A stretch of 63,764 bases of DNA, counting the filler, from Chiloscyllium plagiosum (lineage: Eukaryota): assembly GCF_004010195.1 (NCBI RefSeq). It is 8 parts of 8 records of this genome, joined end to end, with 100 filler letters (N's around TTAATTAATTAA, not from the genome) between each part and the next. Parts side by side here need not be neighbours in the genome. Positions count along the whole stretch, not along the records: positions 1 to 24,008 come from NC_057713.1; 7 more parts are not named here. One strand, given 5' to 3'. The position numbers were made by a program, and so were the translations under genes. The notes under the pieces are model-generated. The model was given only the letters and a program-made list of their open reading frames with translations, searched no databases and had not been told where the DNA came from. Shown in pieces: positions 1-12,800 of the stretch (position 1 is the stretch's first letter; each line of letters starts with the position of its first letter).

Positions 1-820
1 GAATGTGGACAAGACAAAAGAAATGGTTGTTGACTTTAGAAGGGCACTGAGCAACCACTCTCCACTGGGGATCAATGGCTCCCCCGTGGAGGTCGTGAAG
101 AGCACTAAAATTCTTGGCATACACATGGTGGGGAATTTCACTTGGACCATCAACACCAGCTCCATAGTCAAGAAAACCCAATAGTGTCTCTACTTTCTGC
201 GTAGGCTGAGGAAAGCCAACCTCCCATCCCCTATCCTCACCATATTCTACAGAGTATCCATTGATAGTACCCTGGCTATTGCATCACTGCCTGGTTCAGG
301 AATTGCACTGTCTTGGATCATAAGACATTACAATGGATAGTGAGGGCAGCTGAGAAGATCATCAGGGTCTCTCTTCCCTCCATTACAGGCATTTGCTCCA
401 CACTCTGCATCCAAAAGGCTAAAGAGGATTGTGGAAGACCCCACACAGTTCTCACTCAAACACTTCTCCCTCCTGCCATCTGGCAGAAGATACTGGAGCA
501 TACTGTCTCTCATGGCCAGACTATGCAACAGTTTCATCCCCCAAGCCATCAGGCTCCTTAACACAGTATAATCAGGCTATTTCCCATCTGAAATTCTTTT
601 GTATTGCAGCTAGCAAAATGTCTAGTATTCACCATTCTTTTATTACACTGTAATTTGTGTGTTTTGCACTTCTTATGCATTTTATGCTGCGTCTGATTGT
701 ATAGTTTGTGCTGTCCATGTAGCACCCTTGGTACTGGAGAAATGTTGTCTCGTTTTTACTGTATCAGTTGTATATGGTAGAAATGACAAATAAAAGCTAC
801 TGTACTCTCTACTCTACTCT
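1..820 (+). mobile_element. Rex1/Babar-like non-LTR retrotransposon, 3' part (decayed RT C-terminus, 3' UTR, tail)
   Basis: Translates as NVDKTKEMVVDFRR..HSPLGING..VEVVKSTKILG..WTINTSSIVKK.Q*CLYFLRRLRK, typical of Rex1/Babar RT; AATAAA near 789 followed by a (TACTC)n tail. Confidence 0.7.
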
Positions 821-929
821 AAGAAATGTATAAAACCAGAGCTCAGTATTACTGACCTTAACAGCAAGGAAGCTTTTGAACAAGAATGGCATTAAGGAGA
901 CTCAGTAAGATTGATATCAATGAGCATGA

Positions 930-1800
930 TTGACCAGAGGTCTGTCCGATAGTTGGAATCATACATAGCAAAAGGGAGATACCTAAGGTCATTGAAAGCC
1001 AATCATTCCAGTTCTGTGACATCAGGGTGGTGACCTATATTCAAATATCTTCAGTTACTTCAACTCCCTTCATCATAAAACCAGAAATAAGAATGATCAG
1101 AAATAATAATATCTGCTGAAGATTGCAGTAGTCATAATCATTCATGATTGATCAAGTATTGAATCTCAGCCTATCCATAGCAGAATCTAGACAACATTCA
1201 TGGTTGAACTCAGAAGTTCTCACAAGTACTAAGCAATGACCACCTGCAACATAATGGAATTTAAATGCGTCCCTGTGATTTTCAACTGCATTACCACCAC
1301 TAAGACCAAGCTCCTGGGGCTATCATTGACCAGGAAACAAAATAGTCAACTATGTACTATCTGTGGTTAAAAGACCAAGTCGGAGGCTGGTTTTGTTGTG
1401 AAAAAACTCAATTCCTCACTCCCTAAATCCTGTCGACCACCTACACATCAGCAGAATGGTGAAATTATCACCAATTTGCTGGATGACAGTGGCTATAACA
1501 ACAATCAAGATGCTGAACACCATCCAGAGAAAAGCTGCTCACTTAACTGGAACTCCATTCAACACACTTTCCATCAATAGTTTACAATAGCAGCAATGTG
1601 TTCTGCAAGATGTTCCACAGCAAAGTCTCATCTTCAAAGAGAAAAGATAGTAGGTTCATGGGAAACCACTATCCCTATAAGATTTCCTGCAAACCCCACA
1701 CTGAACTGCCTGGAATCATATTACTGATTTTCTCTGTCACGAGATCAAAATGTTCATACTCCCACCTTAACTGTGCTGAGTGCACGTGCACTGCAGTGAT
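930..1800 (+). mobile_element. Highly decayed CR1/L2-clade LINE fragment
   Basis: Degenerate RT-like motifs (ctggggctatcattgaccaggaaac...ctgtggttaaaagacc) that also appear in the fragment at about 18030-18750; boundaries approximate. Confidence 0.4.
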
Positions 1801-2194
1801 TTCTGTAGTTCAGGAGTGCACATCCCACAAAATATGAATAACCTTTAATAACAAAATATGTTTAGGCCCAGATTTAGATTTCTCAAATGAATTAGCGTGT
1901 GTTGCTTATTTAAAAAATGCCTGGGTTTTCCTGTTTTCAAGCTTAACTAAGCTTCATTTTCATTGTCTTTTATGATCGCACTGGATAGGGAAACTAGACT
2001 ATATAAACTTTCACAAAGATTAAAACCAAAAATTACAAGTGTTGACCCACATTATATTCTATGTTGTTTCCAACTTAGTTAATGTGTATATTCATTTGCA
2101 GTATCTTTGTGACATTGTCAACACTTGTGTTTCCAAACATATATTCGTTATCTACAAACTTGGCAATAGTACATTTACTTTCCTTATCCAAGTC

Positions 2195-3435
2195 ATCATA
2201 GAGTCATAGAGATGTGCAACATGGAAACAGACTCTTCGGTCCAACCCGTCCATGCCACCCAGATATCCCAACCTCATCTAGTCCCACCTGCCAGCACCCG
2301 GCCCATATCCCTCTAAACCCTTCCTATTCATATACCCATTCAAATGCCTCTTAAATGTTGCAATTGTACCAGCCTCCACCACTTCCTCTGGCAGCTCAGT
2401 CCATATATGTTCCACCCTCTGCGTGAAAAATTGCCCCTTAGGTCTCTTTTATATCTTTCCCCTCTCACCTTAAATCTATGCCCTCTAGTTCTCCCCCACC
2501 CCCGGGAAAAGATTTTGCCTATTTACCCTATCCATGCCCCTCATAATTTTGTAAACCTCTATAAGGTCACCCCTCAGCCTCCGATGCTCCAGGGAAAACA
2601 GACCCAGCCTGTTCAGCCTCTCCCTGTAGCTCAAATCCTCCAACCCTGGCAACATCCTTGTAAATCTTTTCTGAACCCTTTCAAGTTTCACAACTTCTTT
2701 CCAATTAGAGGGAGACCAGAATTGCATGCAATATTCCAACAGTGGCCTAGCAAATGTCCTGTACAGCCGCAACATGACTTCCCAACTCCTGTACTCAATA
2801 CTCTGAGCAATAAAGGAAAGCATACCAAACGCCTTCTTCACTATCCTATCTACCTGTGACTCCACTTTCAAGGAGCTACGAACCTGCTCTCCAAGGTCTC
2901 TTCATTCAGCAACACTCCTTTGGACCTTACTATTAAATGTATAAGTCCTGCTAAGATTTGCTTTCCCAAAATGCAGCACCTCACATTTATCTGAATTAAA
3001 CTTCATCTGCCATTTCTCAGCCCATTGGCCCATCTGGTCAAGATCCTGTTGTATCTGAGGTAACCCTCTTTGCTGTCCACTACACCTCCAATTTTGGTGT
3101 CATCTGCAAACTTACTAACTGTACCTCTTATGCTTGCATCCAAATCATTTATGTAAATGACAAAAAGTAGAGGACCCAGCACCGATCTTTGTGGCATTTC
3201 ACTGGTCGCAGGCTTCCAGTCTGAAAAACAACCCTTCACCACCACCCTCTGTCTTCTACCTTTGAGCCAGTTCTGTATCCAAATGGCTAGTTCTCCCTTA
3301 CCACCCTTCTTAAACAGTGGCACCACGTTAGCTAGCATCCAATCTTCCGGCACCTCATCTGTGACTATCAATGATACAAATATCTCCACAAGAGGCCCAG
3401 CAATCATTTCTCTAGCTTCCCACAGAGTTCTTGGG
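2195..3435 (-). mobile_element. CR1 (HER1-like) LINE, 3' RT fragment
   Basis: Minus-strand ORFs 2485-2871 and 3003-3476 carry CR1 RT motifs (SVLGPLLFVIYINDLD, KFADDTK, RPLLEYCMQFWSP, RRLRGDLIEVYKIM); CTATGACT-type tail at about 2195. Confidence 0.9.
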
Positions 3436-3439
3436 TCAT

Positions 3440-4600
3440 AAATAATTGTGATCCAACACTGACCCTTGATGCACACTATTTATTATAGGTTGTTATTCTG
3501 AATATGCCCCCCCACCCGCCCCTTATACCAAATGTCTGCCAAATTGTTTGCAAGCCTTCTTTTCACTAGCTAATCTATAAACCATGCTAATTATTTCTTC
3601 CAATACAGTGGTCTCTAATTAATTATCTTAATGTATGGTATCTTATCAAGCACCTTCCGAAAATCCAAATATCTTACATGCATTGCTTCCCTTTATCTAT
3701 CTTGCTTGTTACATCCTCAAAAGATTCTAGTAAATTTGCCAGGCATAACTTCCCCTTCTTGATACCATGCTGATTCTGCATGATCATATTCTGTATTTCT
3801 GAATGCTCTGCGATTACATCCTTTACAAAAGACTTGCATTTCCCCAATATCAGTCATTAAGCTAACTGGCCTACAGCTACCTGCTTTTTTGTTTTCTTTT
3901 TTTAAGAAAAGCATTACAGTAGCAATTTTCCAATCCTCCAGAACCATTCAGAATCCAAGATATGTGGAAGATTGCTATGAGATTACTATCTCATCAGTTA
4001 CTTCCATTAATATCCTAGAATGCATCCCATCAGGTCCAGGGAGCCTTTTAGTTTCTTTAGTTCTGTTAGTTTCCCAAGCATCTTTTTTTTCTAGTGACAG
4101 TTATTGCATTTATTTCCTCTCCTCCCACTGCTCCTTAATATTTAGTTACTTTCGAATGCTATTGTGTCTTCTATTATGAAGACTGATGCAATTTATTGAA
4201 TTAACTCATCTGCCATTTCTTGGTTCCCAGTTGTCATTTCCCAGCATTATTCTCCAAGGCCCTGTGTTCACTTTAGCTTTTCGCTTCCTTTTCATATATT
4301 GAAAGAAGCTCTGAATTCCTATCTTAATATTACTTCCAAGTTTACCCTCTTCTCCCTCTTTATTTCTTTTTGTTGTTGGCTATCTTTTGTTGGTTTCTAA
4401 AATGTTCCCAATCCTCTGGCTTACACCTAATACTTGCTACATTGTATGTTTCCTCTTTCAATCTGATGCTATCCTTAATTTGCCTGGTTAGCCATAGTTG
4501 GTTTATCTCTGTCCTCAAATCCTTTTTGGTCACTGAGATATTTTAAAGCTGCTAGCTATGAACTGTTTTCTTAAATATCTGTCATTGTTTCTCAACTGCC
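3440..4600 (-). mobile_element. Older decayed CR1 LINE fragment
   Basis: Minus ORF 3717-3947 (EDWKIATV.LFLKK...CRPVSL) is a CR1 ORF2 motif; boundaries approximate. Confidence 0.6.
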
Positions 4601-5704
4601 TTTGTTGCTAAACTCCTTTTTACACTCTATTCAAGCCAACTGGACTCACCCATTTCCAACCACCCTCATTTAATTTTCATCCAAATTCCAATGATTGGAA
4701 GAGTGGTTTTCCCAATTTTCATTGACTGAAATTTTATTAGGGCTCCTTCATGCCACACTTGATGTCATCTTCCCTCCAGTATTCAGATTTAGTGTTTGAG
4801 TTTGGACCAAGGCTATAATGAGGTCAAGAATTCATAGGACTGGCTCTGGTGGAACCGTGTTTGAGTATCAGTGATCAGACTATTTCTAACCATATGCTTC
4901 TTTATAGCATTATTGATCATATTTTCCAAAATTTTACTAATAATCAAGAGCAGACAGATTAGGTGGGAATTGGCTGAATTGCATTTGTCCTTTTCTTTGT
5001 ACTTGACATAAATCAGAAATTTTCCATATTTTTGGGTTGATGCCAGTCTTGTAGCTGTACTGGAGCAGTTTGATGACAGGTGCAGCAGACCTTCATTGAT
5101 ATTGCCATAAGATTGTCAGGGCCCATAGCCTTTGCATAACCAGTGCCTTCAGCCATTGTTTGATACTCTAGGGAGTGAATTGTGTGGGTTGAAGGAAAAC
5201 AGATTCTTACAAATGCCTGAGCCATATCTTTTGCACCAATGCACTCATCCTCCCTTTCATTGAAGGTGGAGATATCTGTGGAACCTTCTCATCCAGATAA
5301 TTGTTTAATTGTCCACCACCATTCATAACCAGATATGTTAGGATTGTACAGATAAGCTCTGATCCATTAGTTGTGGAACTACTTAGGTCTATTTATAACT
5401 CAATGCAAATGCTATTTGTTGTAAACAAAGCCTGTGTTCTAGCTTCATAAAGTTAATATCTCATTTTGAGATATGCCTGGTGTTTCTTCTGGCAGAGCCT
5501 CCTGTACTCTTCACTGAACCAGCGTTTCTCCCCTAATCTGATAGTCAGTGGTGAATACGTTATACTATGAAATTACAGACTATGTTTGAGTACAATTCTG
5601 CTGTTATTGATGCCCTCAGCATCTCATGGGCCCTCAGTCTTGAGTTGCTAGATTTTTCTAAATCTATCACATTCAGCATAGTGGTAGCAATGTGCAATCA
5701 ATCA

Positions 5705-5955
5705 TGGTGGCTCAGTGGTTAGCACTGCTGCTTCACAGCACCAGAAACTTGGGTTCAAATCCAGCATCAGGCTGTGTCTGTGTCTATGTGGAGTTTGCAC
5801 ATTCTCCCTATGTCTATGTGGGCCTCCTCTCGTTTCCTCTCACAGTCCAAGGATGTGCAGGCTAGGTGAGTTAGCCATGGGAAATACTAGGTGGGATGCT
5901 CTTTGGAGGGTCAGTGTGTTGAGTGGCCTCCTTGTACACAATAGGGTTTCTATGA
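5705..5955 (+). mobile_element. HE1-like tRNA-derived SINE
   Basis: GGTGGCTCAGTGGTTAGCACTGCTGC..CACAGC (A box), GGGTTCAAATCC (B box) and the GTGGAGTTTGCACATTCTCC core. Confidence 0.8.
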
Positions 5956-8517
5956 TACAATGGAGGATATCCTCAGCATGAAGAATTATGCACCTGTCTC
6001 ACCAACTCTCATTTTACCCGAGTAATTCCCAACTTGACAACCTCTCTCAACTCAGCTCAACTACTGACCTCACCTTTTGCCTACCCTAGCCATTTTCTCA
6101 GTTTCTATCCTTGTCAGCTGCTATGATACCCATCTGCCACTCAAGCCACCTACCACCCAACCAAAGTTCGAATCCTCCAACCTGTTACCTATTCACTTAT
6201 CGCACCCACTTACACATCTACACAATCACTGTTTATGCATTCAGTCACACATTCATTCATTAACATGCTGAGGTTGTTTAAATGACACAAAACTGTTCAG
6301 CGAGTTAGTGAACATTTACAAAAATACAGCAGCTAATGTCTGAAAATGGAGTGCAAGTAGTTCTCCCCTGATGATCCAGCAATAGGTTCAATTTGCTTAA
6401 ATTTAAGATGTGCTTCTAATTTCTTAAGAAGTCAGAATGTGGGGATTGCTCATGGCACAGAAACACAGAAACAGACCAGCAATCCTGTGGTGATTGCCAT
6501 TCCTCAGACGAAGCTGGCCAGAGTTAAATTTTCAGATCATGATCTTTAATCAGAAGAGGAATGAAATGTTCGTATCTAATCCTCAATTTTCATACAAAAA
6601 GGTTGTAATATTTTGCATTCTAGTGAGTGTTGCGATATCCTTCAAAGGTGATACCTGTCAGTCAGTGATGGAACTACTTCATTACAACTTTAGGTAATTA
6701 CATTTGCATACCCAAGGAGCACAGCCCCATAGGAATAAGAATTAGTTGGATCGTTCTTTCAAGGAACTTGCACATACATGATGGGGCAAATGGTTCCATT
6801 TTGTGTTGCATGATTCTCTGATCCTCTCAGGGTATAACACAGACCCTAAGGACATGAGAGCAAAGCATATACCGCAAAGCAAAGCAAACATTTGCATCTA
6901 TATAATACCTTTAAAGATGAGAGGCTATCATAAAGTACTTTGCAGCCATGAAGTTCTCACTTTTCTATTTTCTATTTCAACTTGCTTTTGTAAACTTCCT
7001 ACAGTGTTGAAAGGAAAAACGTGGCAGTCAATTGTGTACAGCAAATGCCACAAATATCAATATGATAACAAAGAGATTATTTTGCGCATTCAATTATAGG
7101 ACGAACATTGGCCAGAACATAGGGGATAAATTCCTGACTTGCTTCAAAATTGTGTGATTGGATCTTTTACACACACCTGTCAAGGCCTTGGATTAACATC
7201 TCATCCAAAAAATGGCTGCTCGCATCATCTGTCAATGCTGTACTGGCTTGTCAACCTTGATTGCTAGAGTTTAAACCCGAGAGTTAGACTGAAACCCACA
7301 ATCTGCTGACTCACAGGGAAGCATGTTATGAGCTGAGCCACAGCTGTGGTCACTTTGGTGACCTCCAACCCCTGCGCCACCCCAATTCCCATTTGAATGC
7401 ATGATGCAAACCCAGGAACAAGAGGTATGATATTTCAGGATCGTACTTTTCCTCTACCTGAATTTTAACCTCAATGTTTAATGACCAATGAATTATCGAT
7501 TAAAATTTTAAATGAATAGAATAGTTGCCACTTTTCTTCTGTAAGGTTCTGCTGATTACCTACCTACACCTCTATAACCTCATCATGCTCTACAAACATT
7601 TCCATTTATGTAATATTCTCCAGTCTTTTGAACCCTGAAATTTCTGCATTCTTCCCTTGATGGATTCTTGTGCAGTTCCAATTTCATTTGCTCCATCTGT
7701 TTTGTGTCTTTCAAATATCTTGGAACTGAATGTTGGAATTTCTTCCCTAACCTTCTCTGCCTCCTATTCCTTCAAATTTAATTCTTTTGCCAAGTTTTAG
7801 CTCACTTGTACTACCATCTAGTTATGTGTCAAACTTAGTCTAGTAAAAATTTCATTGTTGTCGAGGGATATTGTATCATACATAAGATGCTGTTAATTTA
7901 CAATTTGTTGATATGATTGCACATCTAGTACCATATGGATCCTAACTAATCCTTGAATACTAAACCAATCTGCAAGCAACAATTTTCAATGCAAAGTACC
8001 CCAGAATATCAAATTCTCCCTAAAACATACTCTGGGGTATCAGTCGCAGAAGAACATGGATCAGTTTACTTTGCCCTATCTGTATCGACCAGATTTTCAT
8101 CATCCATGTTCGGTCTGTAAATTGCTGCTTGAACTAATTCTGATTAAAACTCACCAGTTTGAAGCTTTTCCCATTGATGTTGGTTGTCTCCTAAGAATTG
8201 CAAGTACTGGACACTTTGGTGTGTTAGATTTCCAGCATCCTCAGGATTTCCTTCTTTCCCAAAGTAACAACGTAGCAGATAGCAAATGTAACATTCCTGA
8301 CCAGCATCTTGTTCATTTTCAGTCCTCTGAACATCTGGTTGAGAATATGCGCAGGGCTTCTTGGCAGCTGGAAGTATTTTTCCAACATGGAATGGGCATT
8401 AGGAAAGAGATGACTTGATCAGGTGTCCACTATAACCATGTGGGAAGCTAGGGAAGTGATTGCTGTGCCTCTTACTGAAATATTACAGATTGAAGATATA
8501 ATATGGTAGAAATCTGA

Positions 8518-9842
8518 TAGTCACAGGTGAGATGCCGGAAGACTAGAGGCTAGCTAACATGGTGCTACTGTTTAAGAAAGGTGGTAAGGACAATTCAGGG
8601 AACTTTACACCGGCGAGCCTGATGTCGGTGGTAGGCAAGTTGTTGGAGGGAATCCTGAGGGGCAGGATTTGGATGTATTTGGATGTACACGTATTTGGAT
8701 AGGCAAGGACAGATGAGGGATAGTCAACATGGTTTTGTGCATGGGAAATCATGTCTCACAAACCTGATTGAGTTTTTTGAGGATGTAACATAGAGGATTG
8801 ATGATGGCAGAGTGGTAGACATGATCTATACGAACTTCAGTAAAGCATTCGATGAGGTTCCCCATGGGAGACTTATTAGCAAGGTTGGATCTCATAGAAT
8901 ACAGGGAGAACTAGCCATTTGGATGCAGAACTGCTCAAAGATAGAAGGCAGTAGGTGGTGGTGGAGAGTTGTTTTCAGACTGGAGGTCTATGACCAGTGG
9001 AGTGCCACAAGGATTGGTGGCAGATTACAATTAGATTTTGATCAGATGGGCAAATTGGCTGAGAAGTGGCAGGTAGAGTTTAATTTAGATAAATGTGAGG
9101 TGCTGCATTTTGGGAAAGCAAATCTTAGCAGGACTTATACACTTTATAGTAAGGTCCTAGGGTGTGTTGCTGAACAAAGAGACCTTAGAGTGCAGGTTCA
9201 TAGCTCCTTGAAAGTGGATTCGCAGGCATATAGGATAGAGAATAATGCATTTGGTATGTTTTCCTTTACTGGTCAGTGTATTGAGTACAAGAGTTGGGAG
9301 GTCATGTTGCGGCTGTACAGGACATTGGTTAGGCCACTGTTGGAATATTGCGTGCAATCCTGGACTCTTTCCTATCGGAAGGATGTTGTGAAACTTGAAA
9401 GGTTTCAGAAAATATTTACAAAGATGTTGCCAGGGTTGGAGGATTTGAGCTACAGGAAGAGGTTGAATAGGCTGGGGGGTGACCTTATAGAGGTTTATAA
9501 AATCATGAGGGGCATGGATAAGATAAATAGACAAAGTCTTTTCCCTGGGGTGGGGGAGCCCAGAACTAGAGGGCATACGTTTAGGATGAGAGGGGAAAGA
9601 TATAAAAGAGACCTAAGGAGCAACTGTTCCATGCAGAGGGTGGTTCGTGTGTGGAATGAGCTGTCATAGGAAGTGGTGGAGGCTAGTACAATTGCAACAT
9701 TTAAAAGGCATCTTGATATGTATAGGAATGGTTTAGCGAGATATGGGCCAGGTGCTAGCAAGTGGGACTTGATTGGGTTGGGATATCTGGTTGGCGTGGA
9801 CGAGTTGGACCGAAGGACCATGCTATACATCTATGACTCTAT
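8518..9842 (+). mobile_element. CR1 (HER1-like) LINE, 5'-truncated and internally deleted
   Basis: ORF 8812-9669 has DMIYTNFSKAFDEVPH, KCEVLHFG, RPLLEYCVQ and GDLIEVYKIM; ends in a CTATGACTCTAT tail. Confidence 0.9.
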
Positions 9843-10631
9843 AATTGATGTTAAGTGGCAAAGGAAAGGATACCTTTACTCAGCCTGTTTAACGTACAAA
9901 AGTACCTCTGGGCTCCTTTGTAGCAGTAGATCCAGCAAAATGGAAGAAAATATTAGATGAGAGGAGCAAACGTTTGACTAAGGAGGTGTGTTTTCAGAAC
10001 AGTCTTACTGGGTGTGGAGGGAGAACTGGCGTGACTTGGGAAATATTTTCACTGTATTGGACTTTGATAATTAAAGGTGGGGGGAAAGGCAAAAGAATGT
10101 GGAGGTTCATAAAGCAGTGGCTTAAACCATGCTTGGAAATCATCCTTGTCCGTGGCACATAGCAGCAAAATCTCTCAACTTTGTCAGAGACTTTACAACT
10201 AAGAAGATCTTTTAGGGAAGTTGTTCTAAGACTTTGACTCATTAACAAAGAAGAAATGGCGAGAGATGTCCTGGTCGTTATTGTGTGACAGGCGAACCCA
10301 CTGCCGCATGTTTGCAGCTCCAGTCTTTGTGAGTGGCGGCCGTTCGTTGGGACGTGCTGTTGATTTGTATCTTGTATCACAGCGTTGAAACGGTCAGGTT
10401 GAAAAGTGCTTGTGTAATTCAATCGTTTTACAGATTGAAGATATAATATGGTAGAAATCTGACTGAAATGCGTGGCTTGTGACAGATGTCGGATAGAAAC
10501 TAGGTCACAACCATAAGGAGCAGTGCCTCGCTATATACCGAGAGGAAGTTGTCAGCCACACAATATTTTGTCATATTCATTGCCCTTTATATTTGGTGTA
10601 GATTAGTACAAGAGCATCACAGTCTGGAACC

Positions 10632-10671
10632 ATGTTGCTCTGTTGGGTCGCTTTAATACCACTTTTTCTGT
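10632..10671 (+). CDS. TRGV: Leader exon of TCR-gamma-like V gene 1 (MLLCWVALIPLFL, phase 1)
   Basis: ATG at 10632, hydrophobic signal peptide, GTAAGT donor at 10672, 77-nt intron to the TCCCACAG acceptor; TATATA about 100 bp upstream. Confidence 0.85.
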
Positions 10672-10748
10672 GTAAGTTGATTTTATTTTGTTTTTTGTTT
10701 ACTTCAGTCTGTAAAGCTATCTCTAATTTGGTATTTATTTTCCCACAG

Positions 10749-11040
10749 GCAAGTGTTTTGCACAAGATTTAAAGCAGAATCAACTTTCGTTCACCAGGAA
10801 AATGGGGAATACTATTTTAATTACGTGTGAGCTGAGTGAATCAATCGGTTCTGTCCCCATCCACTGGTACAAACAGGCATCAGGGCAACAACCTGTCTGG
10901 TTGCTCCTTAACGATGGGAAGGATAATACACTCAATGAAAAATTTAAAGCTGTGAAATCCGGACTCAGGCAACACTTACTGCGTATTGCAAATGTGCAGC
11001 CAGAGGATACCGCCACCTATTACTGTGCCTATTGGAGAGT
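10749..11040 (+). CDS. TRGV: TCR-gamma-like variable exon 1 (intact)
   Basis: In frame with the leader: QDLKQNQLSFTRKMGNTILITC..PIHWYKQ..VQPEDTATYYCAYW. IHWY and YYCAYW are V-gamma hallmarks; followed directly by a 23-RSS. Confidence 0.85.
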
Positions 11041-11079
11041 CACAGCGTGAAGCGGCAATTCAGTCCGCTTACAAAAAAC
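11041..11079 (+). promoter_or_regulatory. 23-bp-spacer recombination signal sequence of V1
   Basis: CACAGCG, 23 nt, ACAAAAAAC. Confidence 0.9.
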
Positions 11080-12519
11080 CCTCAATCTTGCAATTCAAAT
11101 ATCGTGCCAAAACCAGACCCGACTCATGACTGAGAACAGTCACAACATTCCTTTAAATAAAACGTACACTCTAGAATATTACAATATGAAGTAAATAGCT
11201 ACCCACATCTCCCAATGAAAGTAAGAAACTGCAGACGTTGTAGACTCGAAGTAAAATCGTGAAGTGCTGGTTTGGTCGCATTTGCGATTATAATGGACTC
11301 GAAACGTTAACTCTGTTTCGCTTGCCACAATACTCTTAGGCCGGTTGAGTTTCTCTGGCACTTTCTGCTATGATTACTTCCTCGCCATTCATTCTCCATT
11401 CTGTTACAGATCCCGGAATATCACAGGAGAACAAAAACAGGCAAAGCAATTGTGTGAAATATCCCGTTGATTCTTCCATTGATGGGAGTAAAGGTGTGCT
11501 CAGGACGGCACTAACACCGACTAAGTCTTGTTCTCCCTCCTTCACCCCATTGTTTGCCAATCGTGATTGTTTGCCATTTGTTTTCGTCATTCAACATTTA
11601 ACCACCTGTAAATCTTTATCCTCATTGATACGCGTTTCCTTCCGCAATCTTCCATTCTTTCTGTCTTAGCCCACATTTTACGGTTTACTCACATCCTTAT
11701 CTTGTGTTTCGCTACCCCACCATTATTCAGTTCCTAAGGTTACACGAGTAACGCTTTTGGTGACACTCTCTCCCTTTCAACTTTTCTCTTGACCTCCAGA
11801 GCGCTAACCCCAAACCCAACGTTGAGTCTACAAATACATCGCAAATTCCTCTGCTCATTCTCCCTCTTTTTCGCAGCCACGTCTCCTTTATTAATAACTT
11901 CATTCTGGATAATTAAAAAAAAAGTACGTACAAGCACTTACCCATGTGAACTTATGCCATTCAATGAGATTATGGTGAATTCGAAGCTCAACTCAATTTA
12001 TTATCATCTACTCGATATTTCTCAATCTGAAAGATTCGAAATTGACCTGGAAAATGTGAATTGACTCCTAGCAGCCACAGTTGTTTTTGAGAGGGTGTGG
12101 AGGTGGTGGAGGGTTGGAATTCCAGCTTCCACTCCCCTTTATGTGAAGAAGTGATTCCTTACATCGTCCCCAACAGTCCACATGTCATCATTGCTCTGTG
12201 TTCCCCCCGGAAGAACTTGTTCCCCTGTATCTACCTAATGACATTATTCTAATATTCTAAAATACACTAATTCGACTGCACTTCAATTTACTGTAATCAA
12301 AAGAGCAAAACGAGATTTCTGCAATTTATTCTTGTTCTGGTGAACCTACTCTGCAAATCTTCCAGCACAAAGTTACCTTCTGGAGTTAAAGCGTCAGAAA
12401 TTGCAATACTTTCAAATTGGATCTGGTCAAGATTATACACATCTGAACTAGAACCTTTTCACTTCGTATTCCAATTTTTTGACAATGTGATTCATTGGCA
12501 AATCTTTCAATACTGAGTT

Positions 12520-12800
12520 GGAGATCATGGAACAGCACATATAATTTAGGCTGACTTTCCTGTGTAGTACCGAGGCAGTGCTACATTATTGAGGCGCTTC
12601 CTGCCAGATGGTACATGAAACTGAGGCCTTGCTTGCGCTTTGAGAAGACAAGACTCGTGCCAGAGCAGGAAAATTCTCCTTGGGTGCCCTGGCCAATCTT
12701 TATTCCTCAACCAAAACTACATCTCCTTCCGCTGGTCTCATTGCCGTTTGTTGGGCAATGCTTTGCCGCCGTTTTTATTACCTTACCACAGTCATTACAC
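12520..12800 (+). mobile_element. Decayed Deu-domain-type SINE fragment
   Basis: Resembles the Deu-SINE core (gctgac...gtagtac.gagg.agtgct...ctggccaat.tttat.cctcaacc); a similar minus-strand copy lies at about 6950-7350. Confidence 0.4.

Noticed and set aside
8812-9669. Longest ORF (285 aa) as a host gene or active reverse transcriptase
   Set aside because: Internally deleted, frameshifted CR1 RT fragment.
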